NCBI GenBank assembly: GCA_038134595.1 | Contig: JAYPVM010000011.1 | Coordinates: 26,694 to 90,693 of the forward strand | Reading direction: 5' to 3' | DNA: 64,000 nucleotides | Source of the DNA: Pseudomonadota bacterium | GTDB lineage: Bacteria; Bdellovibrionota_C; UBA2361; OMII01 | Part shown: positions 1 to 9,009 of the stretch, piece after piece | Layout of the letters: each line of letters starts with the position of its first letter | How positions within the stretch are numbered: the first letter of the stretch is position 1 | Position numbers and translations under genes: made by a program | Notes under the pieces: model-generated | The model's input: only the letters and a program-made list of their open reading frames with translations | Databases searched by the model: none | What the model was told of the DNA's origin: nothing

Positions 1-1
1 G

Positions 2-562
2 GAAAGCGCTTCGATAGCCCGAGCCAAACATTGCAGAATAATGAGAAGCGTAGCTTCTATCACCCTGATTTCGCGAATTTATCCTTCGCTTAAGTAAACT
101 CTGACTAATGCCATTTGATGGTGTATAGGTAATTTGTCCATTTTCATAAGTGACGTTGGGATGGTTAATGCCCTCTAGACCGGCACATCCCCAAATATCA
201 TCATAATTTCGATTGCAGGGATCCACGGCAATTGTGTTATCCACTAAAGTTGCGGCGCCTTCCCAGATTTGGACGTGAATCCAGTTGACATAAATTTTTC
301 TTTTCTGCCCCTTGTCTGTTGGCGTTCCATAGATGCTGAAATTCCCGGGCCCCCTTGTGCCAACGGTCAGATGACAGCGAAATGGCGGTTGGACTGGCGT
401 TGCGGTTGGCGTAGGCGTAGGAGTGTGTGTTGGAGTAACGAGACGTACTGGCATTCCAACATTTCCATCTTCATGCTCTGCGAACCGTTGTCCGAAGGCC
501 TCGAACTGATGCCCTCCAAATGCAAACAGCAACGTTATCAAGATGGATAGAAATCTACTCAC
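2..562 (-). CDS. Secreted Pro/Thr-repeat hypothetical protein, 5' part only (runs off the left edge)
   Basis: Manual translation from GTG at 562 (GGGAGAG upstream): VSRFLSILITLLFAFGGHQFEAFG...VTPTHTPTPTPTATPVQPPFRCHL... stays open to the window edge; signal-peptide-like start and PT linker. Confidence 0.7.
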   Translation of the reverse strand, partial: MSRFLSILITLLFAFGGHQFEAFGQRFAEHEDGNVGMPVRLVTPTHTPTPTPTATPVQPPFRCHLTVGTRGPGNFSIYGTPTDKGQKRKIYVNWIHVQIWEGAATLVDNTIAVDPCNRNYDDIWGCAGLEGINHPNVTYENGQITYTPSNGISQSLLKRRINSRNQGDRSYASHYSAMFGSGYRSAF

Positions 563-743
563 AAAAACTCTCCCTGCAGCAGTATATAGATATCCGCATG
601 CTCGACCTAAGGGCTATCGTTATCCCTTGTAAAAAACTTTAGAAAAATTATTTACCCCCACTGTTAACAAGAGAATTCAGGTGCTTACAGAATACTACTT
701 TCCAAATAGTCATGAACGTTGCCGAGGAGCTCTGTCGTTTTTC

Positions 744-1673
744 CTACCAAGCTTTCGCTTTCTGAACTTCATCCAACACCTGCAGATAAGATTCATAGCG
801 CCAGCTTGCTATCTCTCCTCGTTGCAACGCTTCTAGTACAGCGCAGGAGGTTTCCTTTATATGCTGACAATCTCGAAACTTACAACCGTGACCGAACTGT
901 TGGATCTCAGGAAACGCGGCTAGCACATCGGACTTGGCAAGATGTGAAAGCCCAAAAAACTGTACCCCCGGCAGGTCGATTACTATCGCTGGCTCTGCTC
1001 CATCTCGCTTCGCGAGAAATCCTCTAGGCTGTGAAGTCGTTTGCTTTCCTTGCCCAGTTTTTTCACTTACCTCACCGGTCTTTGCTCTAGTACCCGGAAT
1101 TAAGACATTAAGTATCGTGCTTTTTCCTACACCCGAAACACCACACAATGCCATTACAGACACGTCTGTATCTGCAACGAGCTCATGGATCCGGTCAACG
1201 CCTTCTCCATGTTTTGCACTACACTCGAGCACCGAAAGTCCCACCTCAGAGTAGGTCTCAATCATCTCTGAGATCTTACCTAATCCTAAATCAGTTTTAT
1301 TTACTATAAGCGTTGTAGGGATCCCTTCAACAAATCCCGCAGCCAACATGCGATCTATTGCGACAGGGTTCCACGTCGCACCACACGCTGTGATTACGCA
1401 GAGACGATCGATGTTTGCGCCCATGCGCCGCTGCGTCCCATGAAATGTTCGGCATAAGCATCGCTCCGCGGGCAATCTCTCTGTAATAAATGCGCTCCCC
1501 TCTCGAAGCTCATAGTGCACCGTATCTCCAGCGACTAACTCAACGCTCTTTGAGGCCGATGTGCCAATAATAACGTCTTCCTGTTCGGTATAGAGCGTGA
1601 CAAACCGCCTCGATACTTCGAGAACCCGCGCGGTTTCCATCATATTCTTGTCTTCATTAGTCTTGGCGCTCAC
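744..1673 (-). CDS. rsgA: Ribosome small subunit-dependent GTPase A (RsgA/YjeQ)
   Basis: Circularly permuted GTPase: NKTD, GVSGVGKS, GKQTT, DLPG; C-terminal Zn site CKFRDCQH..ETSC. Confidence 0.95.
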   Translation of the reverse strand: MSAKTNEDKNMMETARVLEVSRRFVTLYTEQEDVIIGTSASKSVELVAGDTVHYELREGSAFITERLPAERCLCRTFHGTQRRMGANIDRLCVITACGATWNPVAIDRMLAAGFVEGIPTTLIVNKTDLGLGKISEMIETYSEVGLSVLECSAKHGEGVDRIHELVADTDVSVMALCGVSGVGKSTILNVLIPGTRAKTGEVSEKTGQGKQTTSQPRGFLAKRDGAEPAIVIDLPGVQFFGLSHLAKSDVLAAFPEIQQFGHGCKFRDCQHIKETSCAVLEALQRGEIASWRYESYLQVLDEVQKAKAW

Positions 1674-1745
1674 ACGACCTTTCCGAGTTGCTTACTACCG
1701 TTAGGCTATCATAGTACTCGAACTATAAAAAACCTAGCCACTTAT

Positions 1746-2549
1746 CTAGAACACTACAAGAGCCTCCGGTAATGGATCTAAATTTGTAATGACCCGAGCA
1801 GGAAGTACTATCTGTTGCCCAATGGCAAGGGGCGTTGCAGGATCTATGTGATTGATTTTGGCTAAATGCTGTGCACTTTCAGGATCTCCTAAATACCAAT
1901 CCGCCAAAAGCGTTAAATCCTCACCTTGAAACGATACCGTATGTCGATAGTTGCCATCTGCAACTTCTTCAAGATGAGCAACACCTGCGACGGTCGGAGC
2001 CTTAAGCCGCCCGCGAAGGTCTCCTATCGGATGTGCCAAGGTAACCTCTTGCGGAGGATTAGATGGCAACGGCTCAAGCCTTGGCGTTAGGGTGTAAATG
2101 TCTCGACTCGGCTTAAACACCGCTGCTCGAGTGTTACTACGTTGCCTCACCTGAAGCACCTGCAAATCTGCTCCCGAAAGTGGCTCAGACCCTGAGACCA
2201 TCCAATTATCGTTGAGATAATCCAGTATATAGACAATTCCTTGCTCAGGGTAAAACAGCTTTAATCTACTTGGCGCCAAAAATTCGCGCTCAACACTTAT
2301 TGCTGTCGGCACTCCTTGTCGGGCAACAAGGTGCTTTATCGAATCACTCCCTCCCCACTTGTCTCTAAAAAACCTCGTCGAAACGACTGATTCATCATTA
2401 GGCACAATGAGAACTGGGCCGTGTCCCTGCAAAGCATCAAATTCAGGGTTTAATGGACGTTGCTGGATAGAACATCCCGACACAGCGATAGCCAATGCAG
2501 AAGTTGTGGCATAGAACATCTTTTGAAACGATGTGGGGGTCACGAGCAA
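1746..2549 (-). CDS. Putative lipoprotein with a C-terminal LysM-like domain
   Basis: Lipobox-like AVSGC; C-terminal HTVSFQGEDLTLLADWYLGD...LAKINHIDPATPLAIGQQIVLP fits LysM; true start may be the downstream ATG (MFYATT). Confidence 0.7.
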   Translation of the reverse strand: MLVTPTSFQKMFYATTSALAIAVSGCSIQQRPLNPEFDALQGHGPVLIVPNDESVVSTRFFRDKWGGSDSIKHLVARQGVPTAISVEREFLAPSRLKLFYPEQGIVYILDYLNDNWMVSGSEPLSGADLQVLQVRQRSNTRAAVFKPSRDIYTLTPRLEPLPSNPPQEVTLAHPIGDLRGRLKAPTVAGVAHLEEVADGNYRHTVSFQGEDLTLLADWYLGDPESAQHLAKINHIDPATPLAIGQQIVLPARVITNLDPLPEALVVF

Positions 2550-2707
2550 AACCGTTAAAAAAACTAAGACGTATATAATGTTGATGGTCGAACCATGCAG
2601 GTCGATTCAGGGATTGTCACACGCCGACACGTCTTGGCGCCATGTCATGCATGAGAGTGCTAACAATCTGGATTTAAGAGCGTATCGGAGTTAAATACTA
2701 ACTTCTC

Positions 2708-3313
2708 TTACTTGCGGTTGAGCCCATAAAAGCTTTGGTTTCCACACAGTGCTTTCTCTGGGACATTACGTATCTCCTCAATGAGTGCGCGAAGTTCTTT
2801 ACTAGCATTGTTCCTTGCTCTCTCAACCCAGTTTACAGAGGTCTCCAAGACTACAGAATCTTCCGAAGAACTCAGCATAACCTCGCACCTACCAGAGTCT
2901 GCAAATCCACTTCCTGAGCCCGGCTCATCAACATCAGCTTTTGACAGCATTCCATGACTCTGTACATACAAAGCGACATGACTCCGCAGAGCGTTTAGCG
3001 TATCTGGATGTACTTCAATAATGTTTTGATACTCAGCATTAAATCGGCCCTTTACAACCTTGCCACACTCGACAAAAACGCCAATCGGTAGCAGCTTATA
3101 CTGTTCAAACTCAGTGCCGCCTAATCCCCCTTTTTGAAGGTACACCGTAAAAGATCCATCGGTGGTATGTGCGCGTGGCAACGTTGTCTCTTCCGATTTC
3201 GAGAACACACTTTCCGACAGCAGACTGCATCCCGATAGAGAGGCTAAAATCAATATTCCCGGTAGCAATTTTTTAAATTGTATCGTCACTTTTGGCATGT
3301 ACCTTCCCTGCAT
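2708..3313 (-). CDS. Hypothetical lipoprotein
   Basis: Hydrophobic N-terminus with LSGC lipobox; 201-aa ORF. Confidence 0.65.
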   Translation of the reverse strand: MQGRYMPKVTIQFKKLLPGILILASLSGCSLLSESVFSKSEETTLPRAHTTDGSFTVYLQKGGLGGTEFEQYKLLPIGVFVECGKVVKGRFNAEYQNIIEVHPDTLNALRSHVALYVQSHGMLSKADVDEPGSGSGFADSGRCEVMLSSSEDSVVLETSVNWVERARNNASKELRALIEEIRNVPEKALCGNQSFYGLNRK

Positions 3314-3644
3314 TAACTACGTAACAGTGTTGAGGACAAGCATAACGTGCCAACCGGTATAAGAGAAGAATGATTTCCGCTAGACACGCTTTGCCCGCAC
3401 TAGCTTTTGTGTCACTAGCCCGAAAGCTTTCCGAACCAGCACCCTATAGCAAAAGCTTGCTACACCTAAGAGCGCTCACAACAAATCGATTCCACTGACT
3501 TGGAAGGGATCACGAGCCTATCTCGATGCGTAGATTGCTCTGAGTTTATCTCTTAACCGGCATCTGCAGTTGGTTAAGCGCCTCAGATGTCTCAGGAGAC
3601 GTTACTGCTTCATTAGAATTCGATTTTCTAGCTCTCGCAGCCTC

Positions 3645-3752
3645 TCAAAAACTAACTGCCGCTTGCCCCGCCACTAACGCTCCAAGAAGCACTGCGGCGG
3701 CCACACGCTGTGAAACGGGCTTAGTCTCTTCATTATTATTCATCGCTTGCAT
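3645..3752 (-). CDS. Small membrane-anchored peptide (35 aa; frame continues past the TGA to 3546)
   Basis: AAGGAG RBS 10 nt before ATG 3752; MQAMNNNEETKPVSQRVAAAVLLGALVAGQAAVSF*. Confidence 0.4.
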   Translation of the reverse strand: MQAMNNNEETKPVSQRVAAAVLLGALVAGQAAVSF

Positions 3753-4024
3753 ACCAATTTATCTCCTTTTAAGGGGAAAGCGCCGTCGATGAAAGAATCA
3801 TTTCGATTATTATCGCGCCACTACTCTTGAGCATACTCAAAGCAGCTGCCCAAATTACGACGTGTTTCTACGTTACGCACGAATCAAAACGTACTGTAGC
3901 ATCGAGGGAATACCCCATTGATTTCAGGCAATAACAGCGCCTGCCAGCAACGATCGGCTCCCGTTAGCGCACACATTACAACCTCGCTGTCATATCGAAA
4001 GAAACCAATATCGTTTCTAAGCCA

Positions 4025-4609
4025 ATGGGCTCGTTCATGCACAGAATTTCTCAAACTATCCGACAACAAGATTCTACATTCAAGCTAAGAGAGCTACAGG
4101 CACAATTTGCCAAAGCCAAACTCCCCTTTCCAGAGCTCGAGCCAGAAGACATCCGCATTCCAAAACGCAAGCAGGGCTTCGAGATTACTAACGACATTTA
4201 CATCTCACACTACATTCTCTCATTTCAGAGGGAGTTCCTTCAGAAGCATGAAATTAAAGCTCTAATCTGTCTTAGCGGCCACCACAACAATTCCAAAGCA
4301 GAGGATCTAGGGGTCCGCGCCATTTTTTCGGTAAATATGCCCGACGGGGAGGGAACTACCCCTGAAATGATTCGCTCCTACACCCAAAAGCTAAACGACT
4401 TTGTGACTCAGTACGGACGAACGCTCGTGTTTTGCCAAGCAGGCCAAAGCCGCTCCCCCTCGCTCGTTGCCGCATATCTAGCACGCTACCGAAACATGGG
4501 GCTTGAAAGTGCCTTGGAGTTGGTTCGAGAAGCACGCGCACCAGAACGAGGCGTAATTTATTGGCCAGCTACACTAACTGCAATCGGTGAGGCATTGGAG
4601 GAAGTATGA
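4025..4609 (+). CDS. Dual-specificity / Cys-dependent protein phosphatase family
   Basis: CX5R loop VFCQAGQSRSPSLVAAYL, upstream acid loop MPDG, ALELVREAR. Confidence 0.85.
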   Translation: MGSFMHRISQTIRQQDSTFKLRELQAQFAKAKLPFPELEPEDIRIPKRKQGFEITNDIYISHYILSFQREFLQKHEIKALICLSGHHNNSKAEDLGVRAIFSVNMPDGEGTTPEMIRSYTQKLNDFVTQYGRTLVFCQAGQSRSPSLVAAYLARYRNMGLESALELVREARAPERGVIYWPATLTAIGEALEEV

Positions 4610-5205
4610 GCGCAGATTTATTTTCACCATCTAGTGGAGTCTACAAGACCGGCAATTTCCCGGCACATACCGATACATCGCTTGATTCTTTAGCGCCTCC
4701 GGTTACCGTTGATCCCCTTGATGTTTTACGAAACCAAATTATAGAAACGTGGCTTCCAAAATTTAACGAGCCAGATTTTGACGCTGTCGGATGGTTTAAA
4801 GATATGGAGTCTCGTGGTTTTGTTACGTGCAAAGAGTATTCCGCTGGCAGACTTCGCGCCCTGGAACACATGGACAGGTTAAACTGGAAAGAAGCTGCGC
4901 ACTATGAGAATGTACTCCACCGAATCTCCCTTCCGCTGGACCCCAGCCGCTCTTTTGAAAAATCTGGCGAAGGTCCAATTATTTTTGTTCGTGACGACAA
5001 GCGAGATGCCCTGGTTGTAATGAACGGAAATCATCGGACGGGTAAAATACTAAGAGAAGAGCACAATCCCGATGACTATCCGGCATACGTAATCGAATTT
5101 AACTCAATTGCTTTGTTTGATAAGTTAGCAGGCTTCGACCTCGGATGGGGAACGGTCTATATGAATATTGAAGTAGAACAAGGCGACCGGCGAAACATGC
5201 CGTAG
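4606..5205 (+). CDS. Hypothetical protein with ParB/Srx-like N-terminal-domain motif
   Basis: GPIIFVR...LVVMNGNHRT...YPAYVIE resembles the ParB-N PIxV...DGxHR pattern; ATGA overlap with the phosphatase. Confidence 0.55.
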   Translation: MSADLFSPSSGVYKTGNFPAHTDTSLDSLAPPVTVDPLDVLRNQIIETWLPKFNEPDFDAVGWFKDMESRGFVTCKEYSAGRLRALEHMDRLNWKEAAHYENVLHRISLPLDPSRSFEKSGEGPIIFVRDDKRDALVVMNGNHRTGKILREEHNPDDYPAYVIEFNSIALFDKLAGFDLGWGTVYMNIEVEQGDRRNMP

Positions 5206-5219
5206 ACTTTCCTCGGCAC

Positions 5220-5672
5220 CTACGCTCCCAGTACTCGCTTTAATGCACCCTCAATAATTCCAACCCCAGCTTCTCCCGCCGCACGAGATTTTAATGCTCC
5301 CGTACCATCATACAGAAAATATGCAGGCACCCATCCTTGGTCGTTTTCAAACGCATCCTTAATTGTGTGTTCGTTATCTACCGCACATATATCTGGCACG
5401 TTGTATTCAGCCAGCACATCTTTCACTTTTTCAAGATCAAGATCTTCTTCTTGCCGGGGCATGTGAATAGCTATTAGCTTTAGTCCCTTCTCTTCATACT
5501 CCGCACGCCATTTAGCGAGGCTCTCAAAATTGTTCTTACACATATAACACGAGACCGACCAGAAGTGGATGAGCACCGGCGACCCAGAGACTGTATCTGC
5601 GGAAAACTCGCCCTGAAGCCACTGTGTTGCTCCTTCTAAACTTGGAATTGGCGTACCTAATCGTAATGCCAT
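5220..5672 (-). CDS. Thioredoxin-like thiol-disulfide oxidoreductase (B. subtilis YkuV/AhpT-like)
   Basis: LIHFWSVSCYMCK, IAIHMPR.EEDLD, DAFEN..VPAYFLYD..G.L; directly downstream of the peroxiredoxin. Confidence 0.85.
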   Translation of the reverse strand: MALRLGTPIPSLEGATQWLQGEFSADTVSGSPVLIHFWSVSCYMCKNNFESLAKWRAEYEEKGLKLIAIHMPRQEEDLDLEKVKDVLAEYNVPDICAVDNEHTIKDAFENDQGWVPAYFLYDGTGALKSRAAGEAGVGIIEGALKRVLGA

Positions 5673-5753
5673 GTGCTCTGCCTCTCTTTGGTTTTGTGTT
5701 TAGAAGCAGGTGAGAAGCCAAAGGACTTCTCACCTGCATACTATGTATCGACC

Positions 5754-6329
5754 TTACGCAGCCAAAAGCTTTCCGCCTGGCTTCCAGTCGCTTGGGCACA
5801 AGCCGCCTGTTTGAAGCGCTTGTACTACCCGTAGAGTCTCATCTGTTGAACGCCCAACGTTAAGCGCGGTTACAACAGAGTACTGAAGAACTCCATTTGG
5901 ATCGATTACGAACAATCCTCGGTGAGCAATGTTCTTGTCTTCAATCAACACTCCGTACGACTTGGCAACGCTTCCTGTGTGGTCAGCGGCCAACGGATAG
6001 TTAACACCCTCAATACCACTCTCAGAACGAGATACGGCTGCCCAAGCTTTATGAGTAAAGTAGGTATCTGTTGATGCACCGAGAATCTCTACATCGATAT
6101 CATCGAACTCTTTCTTTCTATCTGCCAAACCAAGAATCTCTGTTGGGCATACAAAGGTGAAATCCATCGGATAAAAGAAAAACACCAACCACTTTCCAGC
6201 ATAACTCTCAAGCGATACGGTCTTGTTCATATTATTTGGCTCTGCTGGATCATACACCTGAAGGGTGAAGTCAGGAGCCTTCTCTCCGATCTTGGCAACA
6301 CATTCTTTCTTTTCACTACACTCAGCCAT
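5754..6329 (-). CDS. 2-Cys peroxiredoxin (AhpC/TSA family, YkuU/AhpA-like)
   Basis: FFYPMDFTFVCPTE peroxidatic motif, GRSTDETLRVVQALQTGGLCPSDWKPG resolving motif; start moved to ATG 6329 behind AAAGGAG. Confidence 0.93.
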   Translation of the reverse strand: MAECSEKKECVAKIGEKAPDFTLQVYDPAEPNNMNKTVSLESYAGKWLVFFFYPMDFTFVCPTEILGLADRKKEFDDIDVEILGASTDTYFTHKAWAAVSRSESGIEGVNYPLAADHTGSVAKSYGVLIEDKNIAHRGLFVIDPNGVLQYSVVTALNVGRSTDETLRVVQALQTGGLCPSDWKPGGKLLAA

Positions 6330-6331
6330 CG

Positions 6332-6718
6332 CTATTTCTCCTTTGTTGATTGCACACACTGGGCACACACACCTTTTAGCGTCACCTCAGTCATATGCAT
6401 GTTAAATTTTTGTTGGGTGGCAACTTTTCCTAATAAGCCTTCAAGGCTCTTACTCATGTCAACGTCTTGTATTGCGTTACACTCAGTACAGACAAGATGC
6501 GTATGATCGTCAACCCTTGCGTCGTAGCGAGCCGCTCCTTCTCCGGTGTTGATTTCAAGCAACTCTCCTTGGGCAACCAGACGTCCGAGAATATTGTAAA
6601 TCGTTGCAAGCGACACGGATTCGCCCTGCGACTTGGCGCAATCCCAGATCTCCACCGCTGAAAGGTGTCCGCCGTTTCCCATGATGATTTTTTTTATAAT
6701 GGAGGGATCTTTTGCCAT
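6332..6718 (-). CDS. perR: Fur-family peroxide-sensing repressor (PerR-like)
   Basis: SLATIYNIL HTH, RYD...HTHLVCTECNAIQD, GVCAQC Zn site; heads a peroxiredoxin operon; Per box upstream. Confidence 0.8.
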   Translation of the reverse strand: MAKDPSIIKKIIMGNGGHLSAVEIWDCAKSQGESVSLATIYNILGRLVAQGELLEINTGEGAARYDARVDDHTHLVCTECNAIQDVDMSKSLEGLLGKVATQQKFNMHMTEVTLKGVCAQCVQSTKEK

Positions 6719-6726
6719 ACAATTTA

Positions 6727-6749
6727 ATAATTAGAATTATTCTAATTAT
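6727..6749. promoter_or_regulatory. Per/Fur-type operator, perfect 11-1-11 inverted repeat
   Basis: ATAATTAGAAT-T-ATTCTAATTAT; core TTAGAATTATTCTAA matches the Per box TTATAATnATTATAA at 12 of 14 specified positions. Confidence 0.8.
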
Positions 6750-6774
6750 GGCAAGTTCTCCTCTTCTTTGTCAA
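6745..6774 (-). promoter_or_regulatory. Sigma70-type promoter of the perR operon
   Basis: Minus strand TTGACA-18 nt-CATAAT with extended TG; the -10 overlaps the operator. Confidence 0.6.
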
Positions 6775-6924
6775 TCAGAACCTTAACCGTCACAGATTTT
6801 ACGGTTTGCTCGCATGCATTACTTCGCTAGACTTTAGATCACTATTCTTGTCGTAGCGTGATGATTATAGTCGTGAATATAGCTATCTACAGACACCCAA
6901 AGGAACTAGCAAAAGGAGCTCTAA

Positions 6925-8865
6925 ATGCCTGAAGTAAAACGCTTTCCTATCCCATCCTCGATACAGAAAACCTCTGCAATGTCCCCTGATAAATACGAAG
7001 AGCTCTACGCTGAATCGGTCACAGACCCAGAAGCCTTCTGGGGCAACCAAGCCTCTGAACTCCTTAACTGGCAATCACCGTGGAATCAGGTGCTTCAGTG
7101 GAACTTTGACGAGCCGTCAATCAAGTGGTTTGAAGGCGGTAAGCTAAACGTAAGCGAAAACTGCCTCGACAGACACCTCACTACCAAAGGCGATAAGACA
7201 GCAATCATCTGGGAAGCTAACGATCCTGCGGATAGCAGGCACATCTCGTACAAGGAGCTTTTTACCGAGGTCTGCAAAACAGCCGAGCTGCTCCGTTCAC
7301 TCGGAATAGAGCGTGGAGACCGCGTAGCGATTTATCTACCGATGGTTCCTGAAGCCGCAATTACAATGTTGGCATGCACTAGAATCGGGGCGATTCACAC
7401 CGTTGTCTTTGCAGGGTTCTCGTCAGAGTCGCTGCGAGACCGCATAAACGACTGCGGATGCAAGCTTCTTATCACTGCAAATGAAGGTCTACGGGGCGAA
7501 AAAACCATCCCACTAAAAGCGATAAGTGATGCGGCAGTAAAAGAGTGCCCCAGTATCAAACATGTATTGGTAGTGAAAAGAACCGATACCGTGGTACCGA
7601 TGAATCCTAGTATTGACGTCTCTTATGAAGAAGCACTTTCAAAGCTTGCCAGTGATGTAACAAGCGTTTCTGAGAGCATGGATGCGGAAAGCCCGCTTTT
7701 TATTCTTTATACCAGCGGTTCCACCGGAAAGCCCAAGGGCGTGCTCCACACCACAGGCGGCTACCTACTACATGCCACTGCTACCCACAAATATGTTTTT
7801 GATCTACGAGAGGATGATGTCTATTTCTGTGCTGCAGACGTGGGATGGATTACAGGTCACTCGTATGTTGTGTACGGACCGCTATCAAACGGAGCAACTA
7901 CGGTACTCTTTGAGTCTATTCCGACGTATCCCGATGCGGGGCGCTACTGGGATATCATCGAGCGCCACAAGGTAAATATCTTTTACACTGCGCCAACAGC
8001 AATTAGAGCGCTTGCAAAGGAGGACGACTCATTTGTGAGCAAATACGACACCTCCTCACTTCGGGTACTAGGCACTGTAGGAGAGCCCATTAACGCCGAT
8101 GCGTGGAATTGGTACCACTCAGTAGTCGGCAAAGAGCAGTGCCCAATAGTAGATACGTGGTGGCAAACTGAAACTGGCGGGATACTGATAACTCCTCTTC
8201 CCGGTGCCACTGAAACAAAACCCGGCTCAGCTACCAAGCCATTTTTCGGCGTACAACCCGTTCTCGTAGACGAGGAAGGAAAGGAACTTACCGAAACAAA
8301 GAGCACAGGCAGACTGTGCATGAAGTTTCCGTGGCCCGGTATGGCTCGAACTGTGTATGGAGACCACAAGAGATTTAAGGAAACCTACTTCTCAATGTAC
8401 CCTGGATTGTATTTTACAGGCGATGGATGTACCCGAGATGAAGACGGCTACTATTGGATCACCGGGCGAGTCGATGATGTACTAAACGTTGCCGGACACA
8501 GGCTCGGCACGGCTGAGGTAGAGAGCGCCATTGTTCGCTCTGGTTTGATTTCCGAAGCGGCTGTTGTAGGAATTCCCCACGAACTCAAAGGACAAGGCAT
8601 CGGCGCCTTCTGTGTTGTTAGAGACGATGTGGCTGAAGGTACAGATATCAAGCGAGAGATCATTAGAACTGTTCGAGAAGTTATCTCTCCTATCGCCGCT
8701 CCCGATAGCATCTGGCTTGTTCCAGGGCTCCCGAAAACTCGCTCGGGAAAGATCATGCGCAGAATATTGAGAAAGATCGGCGAAGGAGAATTCTCTCAAG
8801 TAGGTGATACAACCACGCTAGCGGAGCCTGCTGTGGTTGAGAGGATTATTGAAATTGTGAAGTAG
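6925..8865 (+). CDS. acs: Acetyl-CoA synthetase (acetate--CoA ligase)
   Basis: YTSGSTGKPKG, DTWWQTETGG, GRVDDVLNVAGHRLGTAEVES, LPKTRSGKIMRR. Confidence 0.97.
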   Translation: MPEVKRFPIPSSIQKTSAMSPDKYEELYAESVTDPEAFWGNQASELLNWQSPWNQVLQWNFDEPSIKWFEGGKLNVSENCLDRHLTTKGDKTAIIWEANDPADSRHISYKELFTEVCKTAELLRSLGIERGDRVAIYLPMVPEAAITMLACTRIGAIHTVVFAGFSSESLRDRINDCGCKLLITANEGLRGEKTIPLKAISDAAVKECPSIKHVLVVKRTDTVVPMNPSIDVSYEEALSKLASDVTSVSESMDAESPLFILYTSGSTGKPKGVLHTTGGYLLHATATHKYVFDLREDDVYFCAADVGWITGHSYVVYGPLSNGATTVLFESIPTYPDAGRYWDIIERHKVNIFYTAPTAIRALAKEDDSFVSKYDTSSLRVLGTVGEPINADAWNWYHSVVGKEQCPIVDTWWQTETGGILITPLPGATETKPGSATKPFFGVQPVLVDEEGKELTETKSTGRLCMKFPWPGMARTVYGDHKRFKETYFSMYPGLYFTGDGCTRDEDGYYWITGRVDDVLNVAGHRLGTAEVESAIVRSGLISEAAVVGIPHELKGQGIGAFCVVRDDVAEGTDIKREIIRTVREVISPIAAPDSIWLVPGLPKTRSGKIMRRILRKIGEGEFSQVGDTTTLAEPAVVERIIEIVK

Positions 8866-8885
8866 CCCCGCTTTACGAGGGAGGA

Positions 8886-8932
8886 AAGGTAGCCTGATAC
8901 CAGTTGCAGATTAAGGTAGCCTGGCACCAGTT
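8886..8932. repeat. Two 20-bp imperfect direct repeats (27-bp period)
   Basis: AAGGTAGCCTGATACCAGTT (8886-8905) and AAGGTAGCCTGGCACCAGTT (8913-8932), 18/20 identical. Confidence 0.6.
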
Positions 8933-9009
8933 TGACTCGCCAGTCAGAACTCATGTCACTTTGAAAGTACGATTGACGACACCAGACGGTTTGTAGTGTC
9001 ATAATAGTT

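Noticed and set aside
269..550. Plus-strand 93-aa ORF and the many other short ORFs antisense to long genes
   Set aside because: Shadow frames of well-supported opposite-strand genes.
3645..3647. Selenocysteine or alternative genetic code at the in-frame TGA
   Set aside because: No redox motif context or recognisable SECIS; TGA terminates many clear genes here (purL, dapF, lysA).
4606..5205. Sulfiredoxin serving the neighbouring peroxiredoxin
   Set aside because: The motif is NGNHR, lacking the catalytic Cys of the Srx GCHR motif, and the gene is in a separate convergent unit.
5754..6368. ORF-track start of the peroxiredoxin at 6368
   Set aside because: It overlaps the perR 3' end; ATG 6329 has a strong RBS.
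8886..8932. Mini-CRISPR
   Set aside because: Only two 20-bp units with a 7-nt gap, and no cas genes.
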